From positions 1 to 42,163 of IMG/VR virus record IMGVR_UViG_3300032295_001565: DNA of 42,163 bases; one strand, written 5' to 3'. The notes under the pieces were generated by a model that saw nothing but the letters and a program-made list of their open reading frames with translations, made no database searches and was not told where the DNA came from. This document shows, in pieces, positions 1 to 10,266 of the stretch (positions are counted from its first letter, which is position 1; every line of letters begins with the position of its first letter). Made by a program: the position numbers and the translations under genes. Source of the stretch: a virus (lineage: Duplodnaviria > Caudoviricetes).

Positions 1-357
1 GTAGTAGCTAATGCACGCGTTATCTAACACTGTTGTTAAGTCAACGAATTCTAACAGGTTTGCGTCGAATAATTTATCTGGATTGTAATACCAATGTAAT
101 GCTTCTTTTTTATTTAATACCCATATCTTACCTAAAATATCTAACCAATTAAATACTTCATCTTTAGATAATGAAAGTGATTCGTTATGATTTATACACA
201 ATATATATCCCTTCTTACTATCAAGTGGTCTAACATAGACTAAACTTAATTCAGTAAGTGCAGGATGAAAATTGTCGTTAAGTGGAATGAACCTAACAAA
301 ACAATCCTCAAATGATAATTGTGATAGTTGAGATGATTTCTCAATAATATAGAACAT
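1..357 (-). CDS. N-terminal part (runs off window) of a probable phage family-A DNA polymerase
   Basis: Not in ORF track. ATG at 357-355 opens 119 stop-free codons to position 1: MFYIIEKSSQL...FIPLNDNFHPALTELSLVYVRPLDSKKGYILCINHNES... Resembles N-termini I recall for PolA-type polymerases of related phages; catalytic motifs lie outside the window. Confidence 0.55.
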   Translation of the reverse strand, partial: MFYIIEKSSQLSQLSFEDCFVRFIPLNDNFHPALTELSLVYVRPLDSKKGYILCINHNESLSLSKDEVFNWLDILGKIWVLNKKEALHWYYNPDKLFDANLLEFVDLTTVLDNACISYY

Positions 358-375
358 AACCTTTTTTTATTACAC

Positions 376-406
376 TAAATATAAGACAAGAAGTTTGGCT
401 TTCAAA
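376..406 (-). promoter_or_regulatory. Bacteroidota-type housekeeping promoter (-33 TTTG, 19-nt spacer, -7 TATATTTA)
   Basis: Minus strand TTTG(406-403)-N19-TATATTTA(383-376), one mismatch to the TAnnTTTG consensus, 18 nt before the ATG at 357. Confidence 0.55.
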
Positions 407-409
407 CTT
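391..409 (-). terminator. Weak hairpin, possible end of the tail/baseplate transcript
   Basis: AAGTTTG-AAAGC-CAAACTT followed by CTTGTCTT, just after the stop of 418..1086. Confidence 0.35.
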
Positions 410-417
410 TACATTCT

Positions 418-1086
418 TTATCCTTCTACTCTTAAAAACTGTTTTAAACCAGGCATTTTCCTTTCTGCTGCATTTAGCTCTTTATCGTCAAACTCTGGTT
501 TTTGGTTTGGTACAACGGTTTCAGTGACTGTTGCTGTTACATAGTTTGGTTTTTGGGATAAATTATCAAGTTCTTCTTGAGTTTTTGATTCACCAAATCT
601 ATATACTAAAGGTTTACTTGAAGTCGTAATTCTAAAGAAATATCTTTTATTAGTTGTAATAGTTGATTCTGCTACCTGACCAGAAGATTGTGATTCCACC
701 GCTTGAGTATCAATGTTAGGGTTTACCCCAACATTAGGATTAAGCCCCTGTTGATTAGCTAAAGCAATAGAAGGTAAAACACTTGCTTTAACTGGTTTTG
801 ATGCGATTGGAGTTGACGTTCCTTGTTTAATACCAGCAACTAAATTATATATAAGACTATCAGGATTATTTATGGGTTTTACTTTAATCGCTAATTCTAT
901 TTCTTTTTGATCTTTATTATTAGGATCATAGTCTTTACCTGCATAAAATTTACCATTAATTAAATTTTTATAATAAGGGCCCTTATACACATTTGTTGAT
1001 TTTCTGTAAACATACTCATCATTTGATGTATATAATCCTTTTTTAATTTTACTAGCTGGTATTCTTATTTGTTTTTTCTCATCCAT
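418..1086 (-). CDS. Hypothetical protein, last gene of the baseplate cluster
   Basis: 222-aa ORF 9 nt after the hub gene; aromatic N-terminal motif YKGPYY..INGKFYAGK, low-complexity middle. Confidence 0.7.
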   Translation of the reverse strand: MDEKKQIRIPASKIKKGLYTSNDEYVYRKSTNVYKGPYYKNLINGKFYAGKDYDPNNKDQKEIELAIKVKPINNPDSLIYNLVAGIKQGTSTPIASKPVKASVLPSIALANQQGLNPNVGVNPNIDTQAVESQSSGQVAESTITTNKRYFFRITTSSKPLVYRFGESKTQEELDNLSQKPNYVTATVTETVVPNQKPEFDDKELNAAERKMPGLKQFLRVEG

Positions 1087-1095
1087 TTATTGATT

Positions 1096-4000
1096 CTATT
1101 TAGGTAAATCTCTTATACTATCGTTGTATATTGATATTAGACTTGATTGTTTTCTTTTTAATTCACCTTCTTTATCTACTGGGGATACCCACTCATATAC
1201 ATATTTTCTAGACCATTCTTGAGCTGTATTTGCTGTTAAATTTCTTCTTTTAATAGTTTGTAATATAAAATCTAAATTAGTTTTATAATCTTTAAAAGCA
1301 GCAAAACGTCTTGTTACTCCACCACTATCTACTTTTACAGAAGTACCAACAACATAAGATTCACTATCAGGCCATTTACTATTATCTGCTTGGATTCCAA
1401 AATAATTATTATTTACACCTTTTGTACCATTTCCTGATTCATTTCTCCATATAGCTAGTACTGATCTTTTAACATTTACATCAAACCCACTTTTAGAGTT
1501 TAAATAAGCAATTACTTCTTGTTTAGAAACTGTAGTTTTTGTATAAGGTACTTCATCTTTATTTGGGTATTTGTTTGGAGGTATTTTTAATGAAGTTCCA
1601 CCACTAGGTGTTTTAGTTAAAAAATCACTAAAGGATGTTTTTGAACCTTTAGGATCACTTACTATAATGTTATAAGCATCTATAGTAGTAGTCCAATCTC
1701 CATTTTCAATTTTATGTCCAATTCCTGTTACTGCTTGTAATAATTTACCACCAATATTTCCCTCGTTTTTATATCCTTTAGGTAATAAAGATGGCGGGAA
1801 TTTAAACAAATGACCTATAATCAAACCACCTATACCATCCATAGTTATAGACATTTTAACAGGTATAATAGATCTATTTTTAGTATTTGAATCTGTTACA
1901 CCCTGAAAATAAGCTATGACTTCTTTTAAAGCAACTTTATATGATGATGCTAAATTTTGATCTGATGAGTTATTTCCACCTCCAGCTTGTTCGTTTGCGG
2001 CATTAATGGTTGATTGGAAAAAGAACTCTTGTAGTATAGCAAAATTAGATTTTAATTTAACTATTAAAGTAGAAGCATCTGTACCTTTTGCAGGTAAACT
2101 TTTTGTTGGAGTTACTTTTTTAGGTATAACTCTATCTTCTAAATTATTATTAAAATCAAGTAAAGTATTATTTTGATAACCTTGTTCTCCACCACCACCA
2201 ACTTGTGCCCCGATAGCAATCATTGCTGATTGTTCTGGGAATATTTGTGATTGTAAGTTATACGATCTTACAGAGCCTGATATGTTAGCCATCTCTAGTG
2301 GGAAAGCATTGTTATATACATCACTTCTATTAGTAGCATCAACATAGTTAAGATCAATAATTCTAGCAACACTATCTATTGGGTCTACATGAATATCAAA
2401 ACTGTTTACACTACCAATAGAATCTTGAACTCCTTTTAACACTTGTTTAAGATATTGGTATACTCTTATTTCTTGTGTTTTTTGATCTTGTATTTCAGGA
2501 TTAATAGATAATCTATATAAATAATCAACATTAAGATATATGTTACTTATTTTTCCTAATTCTTCTTTATATTCAAAAACTTTTCCTTGGTTTTGTAATT
2601 GCTGTAAATAGTCAACAGCATATGGTGATTGAGGTGTTTTAGCTAAACTACCTGCTTTTACATCTTTACTTAATTTATCTTTAATGTCAGTTTGAATAAT
2701 TTCTGTACAAGTAGTTATATCAAATAAAAGTTTATATATATTTGGAGCTCTTCCTTCTAATTTTCCAACATTATTAGACAATTCTTCTAATTTTCTAGCA
2801 GCCTCTGTAGCATAAATAATTGAATTAGTAGCATTTGGTACTACTTTTTTATTATTAAAATAAGCCTTAGCGTAAGATTTTATAAAATCCTTAGCACGAT
2901 TTTCTTCTGAACCATCTCCACTATAAGGTTTTATATCGTTCAAAAGTCTAGTTCCTATTGGATCATCATCTGTAAAAGCTGTTGAAGCGTTTTGATCACT
3001 TAAAATTGCTCTTGCAGGACCATCAAAAACACCCACAGTACCATTACTAGCTCCATCATCTATTCCTGAAGTGTCAAGACCACCTGCCCATGTGCTATTA
3101 GTTATAAGACATATTGTAGGGTCAGCTGATACTTGTAAAGGATGAGCTAAACATAATAATGAATTTTCAGGATTTCCTTTAACATCTTTTACAGCTGATG
3201 TATCATACTCATTAGGTTGAACTGATAGTTTTATAAGTGGAGTTGATGGGGTTTTATCATCTGTGGAAGCCGCTAATAAAATGTAATTGTTTAATATATT
3301 AATAAAAGATCCTAAAGTAATATAAACTTGAGCACCATCTTTAGATAATGAATCAGGTATTTCTCCTGTAGTATATTGGAATCCAAATAAATCATAATCA
3401 GCTAATAAAGGCTTATAAGGTCTATTTACACGTTGTTTCCCACATTTAAAATATATTTCATAACACATCCCCGCTAATATATTTTTAGAAAAATATGTTT
3501 TATAGTCAGGTGTTGAAAAAAACTTTTCTGCTTGTTGAACAGATAGTTCTAAAGCAACATTTCTTGTATTATCTTGGGCAGCAACACCAGCTTTTATAGC
3601 TGATTCTTTTGAAGCGTCAAATGCTTGTTCTCTAATTGATCCTGTATTTGGTGCTATTAAACCTTGTTGTTGAGATATAGTATCTGAATCAGAAGGTAAC
3701 CAGTTTACTTTTAATGATTCTAATATTTCGCCTATAGAAATAATTGTTGTTTGACAATCATACCCACCATCCATTCTAGCAGACCAACTATAGTTTTTTA
3801 CATAACCAAGCATAGCATCATAGTTACTAGAATGTTCTATAGACTTATTATATAAATCTTTAAATATTTGATCTCTTTCTACACCACCATTTATAACACC
3901 ATCATAAAAATTTATATTGCTTTGTAATTTACCACTATTATCTAAAAAAGGAGCCCAACCCCATTCTATCAATACAGTATAACCGGGGCGCATATAAATT

Positions 4001-4431
4001 AGTTCTAGATCTTCTAGTTGTTGGATATTATTACATTTAAAGTTTACTGTTACTTCTCGTAAGGAACCATATGCTGTTTTAGATTTAATATCAATAGAAG
4101 TAATACCTGGCATTGGTTTAATACCTGCAGTACCTGCCGTAAGGTTAGGATTATTATATGACTTTAATGATGGGGTAAATCCACTATATGCGGCATCGGC
4201 ACTACCAACACCAGCTCTTAATTTGTTATTTAATAATACACCGCCTTGTAGAATATATTGTTTAGCTAAGGTATTTTTACCATCAACATTAACACTAGAC
4301 GTCATTCTAATCCAAGAATTACGAGAATTTAATTGAATAATAGATTGAGGCGAGCGATCTCTAAGAGATTTTTGTCTCTGTGTTAACTGAGCCTTAACTG
4401 TTGGAGTAAACGTTTCACGAAATATTGACAT
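1096..4431 (-). CDS. Baseplate hub-like protein with C-terminal glucosaminidase/GH73-like muralytic domain
   Basis: 1111 aa after the LysM gene; N-terminal block PMPGITSIDIK...LELIYMRPGYTVLIEWGW; C-terminus has NESGNG...NNYFGIQA...RRFAAF, typical of glucosaminidase-fold hydrolases. Confidence 0.65.
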   Translation of the reverse strand: MSIFRETFTPTVKAQLTQRQKSLRDRSPQSIIQLNSRNSWIRMTSSVNVDGKNTLAKQYILQGGVLLNNKLRAGVGSADAAYSGFTPSLKSYNNPNLTAGTAGIKPMPGITSIDIKSKTAYGSLREVTVNFKCNNIQQLEDLELIYMRPGYTVLIEWGWAPFLDNSGKLQSNINFYDGVINGGVERDQIFKDLYNKSIEHSSNYDAMLGYVKNYSWSARMDGGYDCQTTIISIGEILESLKVNWLPSDSDTISQQQGLIAPNTGSIREQAFDASKESAIKAGVAAQDNTRNVALELSVQQAEKFFSTPDYKTYFSKNILAGMCYEIYFKCGKQRVNRPYKPLLADYDLFGFQYTTGEIPDSLSKDGAQVYITLGSFINILNNYILLAASTDDKTPSTPLIKLSVQPNEYDTSAVKDVKGNPENSLLCLAHPLQVSADPTICLITNSTWAGGLDTSGIDDGASNGTVGVFDGPARAILSDQNASTAFTDDDPIGTRLLNDIKPYSGDGSEENRAKDFIKSYAKAYFNNKKVVPNATNSIIYATEAARKLEELSNNVGKLEGRAPNIYKLLFDITTCTEIIQTDIKDKLSKDVKAGSLAKTPQSPYAVDYLQQLQNQGKVFEYKEELGKISNIYLNVDYLYRLSINPEIQDQKTQEIRVYQYLKQVLKGVQDSIGSVNSFDIHVDPIDSVARIIDLNYVDATNRSDVYNNAFPLEMANISGSVRSYNLQSQIFPEQSAMIAIGAQVGGGGEQGYQNNTLLDFNNNLEDRVIPKKVTPTKSLPAKGTDASTLIVKLKSNFAILQEFFFQSTINAANEQAGGGNNSSDQNLASSYKVALKEVIAYFQGVTDSNTKNRSIIPVKMSITMDGIGGLIIGHLFKFPPSLLPKGYKNEGNIGGKLLQAVTGIGHKIENGDWTTTIDAYNIIVSDPKGSKTSFSDFLTKTPSGGTSLKIPPNKYPNKDEVPYTKTTVSKQEVIAYLNSKSGFDVNVKRSVLAIWRNESGNGTKGVNNNYFGIQADNSKWPDSESYVVGTSVKVDSGGVTRRFAAFKDYKTNLDFILQTIKRRNLTANTAQEWSRKYVYEWVSPVDKEGELKRKQSSLISIYNDSIRDLPK

Positions 4432-4435
4432 AACA

Positions 4436-4741
4436 TTATCTAGTTGTATTGTATTGGTTATACAATGATAAAACAGAGTTTAAGTCTGTTGGTATACGTA
4501 GTTGTGTACCAGGTTCTGGGAATAATGACCCTTTGGTAACATTGTTATTAGCCATAGAAATTACCCACCATAAAGTACTGTCATTATAATAAGAATAGGC
4601 TAGGGAATCAAGTCTATCTCCTATAGTTGTAATAACATACTCATCTGCTTCAGATAATGGTATATTAGGGTAGAATTTTTGCTTAAAATATTGACTACCG
4701 TATGATGTTGTTCTTATTGTTGGATTTTCGTAGCGATTCAT
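4436..4741 (-). CDS. LysM-domain baseplate protein (gp53/tail-X-like)
   Basis: GDRLDSLAYSYYNDSTLWWVISMAN...PGTQLRIP is the classic phage baseplate LysM pattern. Confidence 0.85.
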   Translation of the reverse strand: MNRYENPTIRTTSYGSQYFKQKFYPNIPLSEADEYVITTIGDRLDSLAYSYYNDSTLWWVISMANNNVTKGSLFPEPGTQLRIPTDLNSVLSLYNQYNTTR

Positions 4742-4747
4742 ATATTA

Positions 4748-6889
4748 TTAACCTCCATATTTTGATTTTAAAAGCAAATTATTTGTTTGTTGTTGGTTAA
4801 ATTTCACATATGATGGGTTTGGAATAGCAGCAGATGCTCCTAAGAAATTATTAACATTTTGATTTGCTTGTTGAGTAGCCACTGCATTTTGGTTTAAAGC
4901 ATTTTGTAAAGCAGTTGTTGCTGTAGGATTATTTACTGATAATCCAGGGATAAATGTTTGATTTACAGCATTGTTAAATCTATTAACATTTAAATTTGCA
5001 GCAGGAGAAAGTGGGGTATTAGCAGCGTATGTTTTTTTATAATTTTCATCTAATCTAGTATTAATTGGATTTTTTAGATATCCAAAGAATCCTGATTTAC
5101 TATCAACTTCAGGAACAGTATACTGAGCTGGTCTGCTTTCTTTACTATGAATAATAGTTAAGCTGATATTTGCTCTAACATACATTGCTAATTTTTCATC
5201 TATATCCCAAGATGAATCATCAGGTATTTCGTAGCTAATATTATTTAATATAGCATACTCATTATCTAAATAATTACCTAACTTTACTTGTAAAATAACA
5301 CCACCTAATAGACCATTAGTATTATAAGCACCAGCTGTTGTTGATGCTAGTTGTCCTAAAGCTCTATGTTTTTCAAATAATTGTGTTTTATTAAAACAAG
5401 GTATATCTAAATTGAAACTTACACTACGTTTAAATTTACCATATGTGTAGAAACTTTCCGATCTGCCTGTGTAGTTGTATTCATTCCAGGTAGCATCAAA
5501 ATTATCTTTATACCCTTTTATATATCCTGAAAAGTAGAATGGGTAGCTTTTACCATCAAATGGGTTTATTGCTTTGAATACTATAGTTAAATTTTTCGAA
5601 TCAATTCTATCAAATTCAAGTGTATTATTATATATAGCTACACTATTACCATCAAATACTCTTTTTGTTCCGTAGTATCTATAATTAGGGTCTTTTGGGT
5701 TTAATCCTTTAGCTCTATTTGTATTAGGATCTATACTTGAACTTGTAAATGATTTTAAAGTATTAACTTTACTTTTTAATTCACTGTAAGTTCTAGATGT
5801 AGGAGAAAATATAGTACCATTAGCGCCTGCAGGTACATTTTTGCTATAAGGAATAGCAGTTTGATCAACTTGAGATGGTTTGCTTGTTGGTTGAGATGGA
5901 TTAGTATTTGTTAATGTTGAACCAAACGCAGTAGGTGGTTGATAATCATTTGATAATCTTACAGCACCGGCATAATCAATCTTTCCTTTACTTGGAGTTG
6001 GCTTATTAGATCCATTACTTGTTACATCATAACGTCTAATAGTAGTAAACCCAACACCATAAACTGATCCAGGACCTCCAGCATATCTATCAATAATTAA
6101 ATCTTGAGGTTGTAATAATGGAGATGTTGGTAGTAACGGATTTGTACCTTTACCTATTGCTGTATTAAATACATTTACAGCGCCTAAAATAGCATTTATA
6201 GTGCCTAAAATAATATTACCTCTATTAGGGTTAGTAATATTAGGTCTAATTAATTTTCTTTTTAAAGCAAGTAATCTATTGTTGCCGTTTTCATTGTTAT
6301 TTCTAACAACAGCTAAATACTTAGTATTATCATCTTGTACAGGTGACAAACCATGACGCTCAAAGTGAGTACCAAATGCTGTTTTTGAAAGTTGGGCTAA
6401 TGTATTTCTACCTTGGTTATATAAACGAGTAGGACCTGGTGTTAGTTGATTAAAAGTATTAAGTCCTACTGTTAATAATCCTCCTAATAGTCCTAATCCA
6501 GTTAAATTAGTAGTTCTAGTTTCAAGTTTTGGGTTACTAAGTTGTAAACCAATTTGACGTTGAATAAATAAAGTACCTTTAGGTTTACTATTGATAAATT
6601 TAGTTATTCTTAATTGGTCTTCATTAGATGCTTTATTGGCTAAGAACCAACCACCTCTAATAAAACCATCATCAATAGGGTTATTTGAAAACCCTCTAGG
6701 TATTTTAGTAGTAATATACGGTTGATCACTACTTCCATTTCTTGGACGATCATGACCAAATTCATATGAAGTTTGAATAAAACGGCCTAACCCGCTACCA
6801 TTATTGTTACCACCGTAGTAAAAAAACTTGGGGTCACTATTTAGTAAGGGAACTAATTTAGATTTTTCTTCTAACTTTTGTTTTGCCAC
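4748..6889 (-). CDS. Baseplate / tail-tube initiator-like protein
   Basis: 713 aa between tape measure and LysM genes; C-terminal half has F.GYI..Y.DNFDATWN...YTGRSESFYTYG.FKRSVSF, a tube-initiator-like pattern. Confidence 0.55.
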   Translation of the reverse strand: MAKQKLEEKSKLVPLLNSDPKFFYYGGNNNGSGLGRFIQTSYEFGHDRPRNGSSDQPYITTKIPRGFSNNPIDDGFIRGGWFLANKASNEDQLRITKFINSKPKGTLFIQRQIGLQLSNPKLETRTTNLTGLGLLGGLLTVGLNTFNQLTPGPTRLYNQGRNTLAQLSKTAFGTHFERHGLSPVQDDNTKYLAVVRNNNENGNNRLLALKRKLIRPNITNPNRGNIILGTINAILGAVNVFNTAIGKGTNPLLPTSPLLQPQDLIIDRYAGGPGSVYGVGFTTIRRYDVTSNGSNKPTPSKGKIDYAGAVRLSNDYQPPTAFGSTLTNTNPSQPTSKPSQVDQTAIPYSKNVPAGANGTIFSPTSRTYSELKSKVNTLKSFTSSSIDPNTNRAKGLNPKDPNYRYYGTKRVFDGNSVAIYNNTLEFDRIDSKNLTIVFKAINPFDGKSYPFYFSGYIKGYKDNFDATWNEYNYTGRSESFYTYGKFKRSVSFNLDIPCFNKTQLFEKHRALGQLASTTAGAYNTNGLLGGVILQVKLGNYLDNEYAILNNISYEIPDDSSWDIDEKLAMYVRANISLTIIHSKESRPAQYTVPEVDSKSGFFGYLKNPINTRLDENYKKTYAANTPLSPAANLNVNRFNNAVNQTFIPGLSVNNPTATTALQNALNQNAVATQQANQNVNNFLGASAAIPNPSYVKFNQQQTNNLLLKSKYGG

Positions 6890-6896
6890 TTATTAC

Positions 6897-7154
6897 TTAT
6901 TTCTGTGTTGGTAAGTTCTGTAAGTAAGATCCTTTACCTGGTTTGTATTTGCCTTTCAAATCATCTAATTTAGATGGTTGTGGTTTCATTCCTTCACCGC
7001 TAATTGTACGCCACTTAACTGCAGGTTTACCTGTAGTTGAGTATTGATCGTGCAATGAACCTGGTGGAACTGGGTCAACACCAAAAGTAGATGGTTTTTC
7101 ACCTTTAAGGCCTAAACCTGATTTTGTTAAGTTTGATAAAATTCCTGTTGCCAT
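6897..7154 (-). CDS. Small basic hypothetical protein
   Basis: 85-aa ORF with its own ATATTTATA motif 16 nt upstream. Confidence 0.7.
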   Translation of the reverse strand: MATGILSNLTKSGLGLKGEKPSTFGVDPVPPGSLHDQYSTTGKPAVKWRTISGEGMKPQPSKLDDLKGKYKPGKGSYLQNLPTQK

Positions 7155-7170
7155 GATATTTGTGTTTTGA

Positions 7171-7179
7171 TATAAATAT
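7171..7179 (-). promoter_or_regulatory. Putative late promoter ATATTTATA
   Basis: Recurrent intergenic motif upstream of the ATG at 7154. Confidence 0.6.
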
Positions 7180-7186
7180 TTTAAAA

Positions 7187-9949
7187 TTATGCTATTGTGT
7201 AACCTGTGTATATGTTTTGTGATGTACCTGTTTCCATTTGCTTACCAATAGCTGTGCCTATTTGTTTGCCATCTATGTTAAGTACTGAATTTATTGGTCT
7301 ATTTGCTAGTGTTGTTACTGCTGTTCTAACCTCATTAATAGCATTGATCATTGGTGTTAAATCAAATGGTGCATTATTAACATTTGGTGAAACAGCTATG
7401 CTATCACCTTTAGTAGTTATTGATGTTGCTCCGAATTTATCAGTTATTGTAAATGGACCTTTATCTGAAGGTGCTATACCATCTTCTACCTGTTGTGGAG
7501 TTTGTTCACCAAAAAATAAATCACCAATTTTATCACCCGCTATACCTCCAAGTATACCACCACCTATAGTTCCGGCTCCTGGTGCTATAAGAGATCCTAA
7601 TCCTCCTCCAAGTAATGATGTTATTGATGTAATTCCTGCTCTTCCTAAAGATTCACCTGTACCTTTTCCTTCACTTAAATTAGAAGCAGCATCCACACCA
7701 CCCATTAATAAAGCTGTAAGAGCATTTCCTTTTAATGTTTTGCTAAGTATTCTACTCATTGCTTTACCACCACCTTTCATTCCGCCTTTACTAAATGCTT
7801 TTCCAATTCTACCTAAACCACCACTACTAAATCCACCACCACCTCCTTCTCCACCACCTGTAGTACCTGCTTCTTTTACAATCATTGGATTAAAAGTGGT
7901 ACCTTTTGTCATTGATTTAGCTACTAATCCTATTAAGACACCTATAGTAGCAACAGATGCTACATCACCCATTGCACCACCAATTTTATCTCCAAAAAAT
8001 CCTTTAATTGCAGAACCTATTTTTCCAAAAAATCCAAATATTTTAGTTACATATTCCAACCCATTGGATAAAGAATCAATAAAACCTCCTAAAGGTCCTG
8101 CTACTATATTACCAATTAAATCTTGTAATTTAGTAATAGCATTATTAAATTTTTCTTGAGCTGATTGTTGTTCTGCTTGTTTTGTAAGATAATCAGCCAT
8201 TGATAGGCCTGATGCTTTCTGATCTTTAAGTTGTTGTGCATTTAGTTTAGCTGCATCCTTACCATATGTGTTAATAGCTTCTTGTTTTAACAACATATCA
8301 GCTAATTCTTCTCTACTCATACCAAAAGCTTCAGCTAATGATTTTTGAGCTAAAACATTCATTTCTTCAAACTCAGCTAATGAACCTACTTGATCAGCTA
8401 ATTCTTGCGCTAATGTAATTTGATCACCTGTTAAAGCAGCATAACGAGCTTTTTCTAAATTTAATTGTTTACCTGTTAACAGCTGTGCTTTTAATTGGTT
8501 TTCAATTGATGACTCAAAATTAAGTAATGACTCACCAGCTTTATCTACTTGTTCTAACGAAAGACCTAATGCTTTAGTTTGTACTACAGCTGCAGCTAGT
8601 GCTTTAGGATTGTTTTGAAATTTTACTAATATACCTGCACTTAGCTTAGATATATCTTGTAATATTAGTTTATCGCTAAAGTGAACTTTATTAGCCTGAT
8701 TAGAAGCAAAAACAGATAAACGAATTTGTTTTACATAATCTTTAGTTCCTACTCCTGCTGCTGCTGAGAATGAAGCTAATTTACCTGCTTCTTGAGCGGT
8801 TAGTCCTACTATTTCTGTTAATTTAGAAAAAGTAGCTAATTCCTCTCCACTAAACTGAACTGCTATACCTAATTCTTCAGATAATTCAGATTGTGCTTTT
8901 AATAATCTATCAGTAGTAACAAAAGTATCATTAGTATTTGCCGAATATTTTACAAACTCTTCTCTTATAGCTCGAGCTTGTTGTTTACTAACACCTAATG
9001 ATTTTCCTAATTTAGTTGCTTGTTGATCTGCTTTATTAATAGCTGAAATCAAAAATGTAAAAATAGCTTCAGGGCCTAATAAGGCTTCTCCAAATCCTTT
9101 TGCTAATGTTTTTAAACCAGTAAAAGCAATTTTAGCTTTATTTCCAAACGCAGAAACATCTTCTTTATTCTTTTGCATTTTAATAGCAAGATCTTCCATA
9201 TCTTTTTTAGCCTCATCTGCTTTAAGATATTTTCCTATTCCTGGGATTTTAGAAACAGCCTCAATTAATCCTCCTGTTAATCCAACAGATTTTTCTATTT
9301 TTTTTCTTAATTCAAGTTCTTTGGTTAACTTAATTATCTCTTCTTCAGTAGCCTTAATTCCTCTTTCTTGAGCAATAATAGTATCGGCTGTTACTTTAGC
9401 TAAATCTTTTTGTTTATTTTCATAAGTTTCTAAACGGGAACTTTGTTTTTCAAGTTCTGAAACTTTAGATTTATTATAGGTAAGATCTTCTTTTAATTGT
9501 ATTAATTCAGCACCCCTAGCCCTAGCTAATCTAGCTTTTATTATATCTTGTTCAGCATAAGCTTCATTAAGTTTTAATTGGCTATTTTTAAGATCTACAG
9601 CGGCTTTAAGTGCTTGTTTAGTATAATCATCTTGGTCTTGTTTTAAAGCAGCTGCTGTTCTTCTCTGTAAATCAAGAGATTTTTCTTTGTTTGTTTCTAG
9701 TTTTGTTATTTCTTTAGCTAAATCTTTAGATTTGATAGTAAGATTGTTTCGCTTTTCTAATGAACTAGTTAAACTTAAAGAAGTTTGTTGTAATTGTTTA
9801 GATACACCATACAATAATTTTTCATTTTCATTTACTTGAGCGCCTAATTTAAAACGTTCTTTTAATGAAGACACTAATTTATTAGATATATCTAATATAT
9901 CTTCACTAATCCTTTTTTCTTCATCTAAATTTTCTGTATTGTCAGCCAT
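7187..9949 (-). CDS. Tail tape measure protein
   Basis: 920 aa, long helical Ala/Leu/Lys/Glu-rich region then Gly-rich hydrophobic segments; follows tube and chaperone genes. Confidence 0.85.
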   Translation of the reverse strand: MADNTENLDEEKRISEDILDISNKLVSSLKERFKLGAQVNENEKLLYGVSKQLQQTSLSLTSSLEKRNNLTIKSKDLAKEITKLETNKEKSLDLQRRTAAALKQDQDDYTKQALKAAVDLKNSQLKLNEAYAEQDIIKARLARARGAELIQLKEDLTYNKSKVSELEKQSSRLETYENKQKDLAKVTADTIIAQERGIKATEEEIIKLTKELELRKKIEKSVGLTGGLIEAVSKIPGIGKYLKADEAKKDMEDLAIKMQKNKEDVSAFGNKAKIAFTGLKTLAKGFGEALLGPEAIFTFLISAINKADQQATKLGKSLGVSKQQARAIREEFVKYSANTNDTFVTTDRLLKAQSELSEELGIAVQFSGEELATFSKLTEIVGLTAQEAGKLASFSAAAGVGTKDYVKQIRLSVFASNQANKVHFSDKLILQDISKLSAGILVKFQNNPKALAAAVVQTKALGLSLEQVDKAGESLLNFESSIENQLKAQLLTGKQLNLEKARYAALTGDQITLAQELADQVGSLAEFEEMNVLAQKSLAEAFGMSREELADMLLKQEAINTYGKDAAKLNAQQLKDQKASGLSMADYLTKQAEQQSAQEKFNNAITKLQDLIGNIVAGPLGGFIDSLSNGLEYVTKIFGFFGKIGSAIKGFFGDKIGGAMGDVASVATIGVLIGLVAKSMTKGTTFNPMIVKEAGTTGGGEGGGGGFSSGGLGRIGKAFSKGGMKGGGKAMSRILSKTLKGNALTALLMGGVDAASNLSEGKGTGESLGRAGITSITSLLGGGLGSLIAPGAGTIGGGILGGIAGDKIGDLFFGEQTPQQVEDGIAPSDKGPFTITDKFGATSITTKGDSIAVSPNVNNAPFDLTPMINAINEVRTAVTTLANRPINSVLNIDGKQIGTAIGKQMETGTSQNIYTGYTIA

Positions 9950-9966
9950 AGTTTAATATTGCGCCA

Positions 9967-9975
9967 TATAAATAT
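9967..9975 (-). promoter_or_regulatory. Putative late promoter ATATTTATA
   Basis: Motif 17 nt upstream of the tape measure ATG, directly after a terminator. Confidence 0.6.
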
Positions 9976-9976
9976 C

Positions 9977-9999
9977 AAAAGCGCCTATTTTTTAGGCGC
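9977..9999 (-). terminator. Rho-independent terminator
   Basis: GCGCCTA-AAAAA-TAGGCGC then TTTT on the minus strand; overlaps the stop of 9985..10266. Confidence 0.7.
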
Positions 10000-10266
10000 C
10001 TTTGCTGTATATGTCGGTTGTTTGGTAGGTGCTATGTTTGGACGTGCTATATCATTGTTGTTGGTATTTTTAAGCAGATTTTGCTGTTTATTAGCTTCTT
10101 CGGCTTGCTTCTCGTAATGTTCTTTTAATGTTTCAAAAGTAAATTTACGCAACCAAATCGGCATATTATATACAGTATCCCAACTATAACCACCTTGCCC
10201 ATTAAATACAATTTCGTGTATTTGTTTAAATAAGTATAATCTATACTCCTGCGTCAGGCCAAAAAA
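9985..10266 (-). CDS. gp51-like / gpT-like tail assembly chaperone extension, probably reached by frameshift
   Basis: Not in ORF track. 93 sense codons FFGLTQEYRLYLFKQIHEIVFNGQGGYSWDTVYNMPIWLRKF...APKK*, +1 relative to 10241..10984; first ATG only at 10164. Confidence 0.75.
   Translation of the reverse strand, partial: FFGLTQEYRLYLFKQIHEIVFNGQGGYSWDTVYNMPIWLRKFTFETLKEHYEKQAEEANKQQNLLKNTNNNDIARPNIAPTKQPTYTAKAPKK

Noticed and set aside
7206-8159. 317-aa plus-strand ORF
   Set aside because: Antisense shadow of the Gly-rich tape measure C-terminus; Pro/Ile richness mirrors Gly codons; no recognisable domain.
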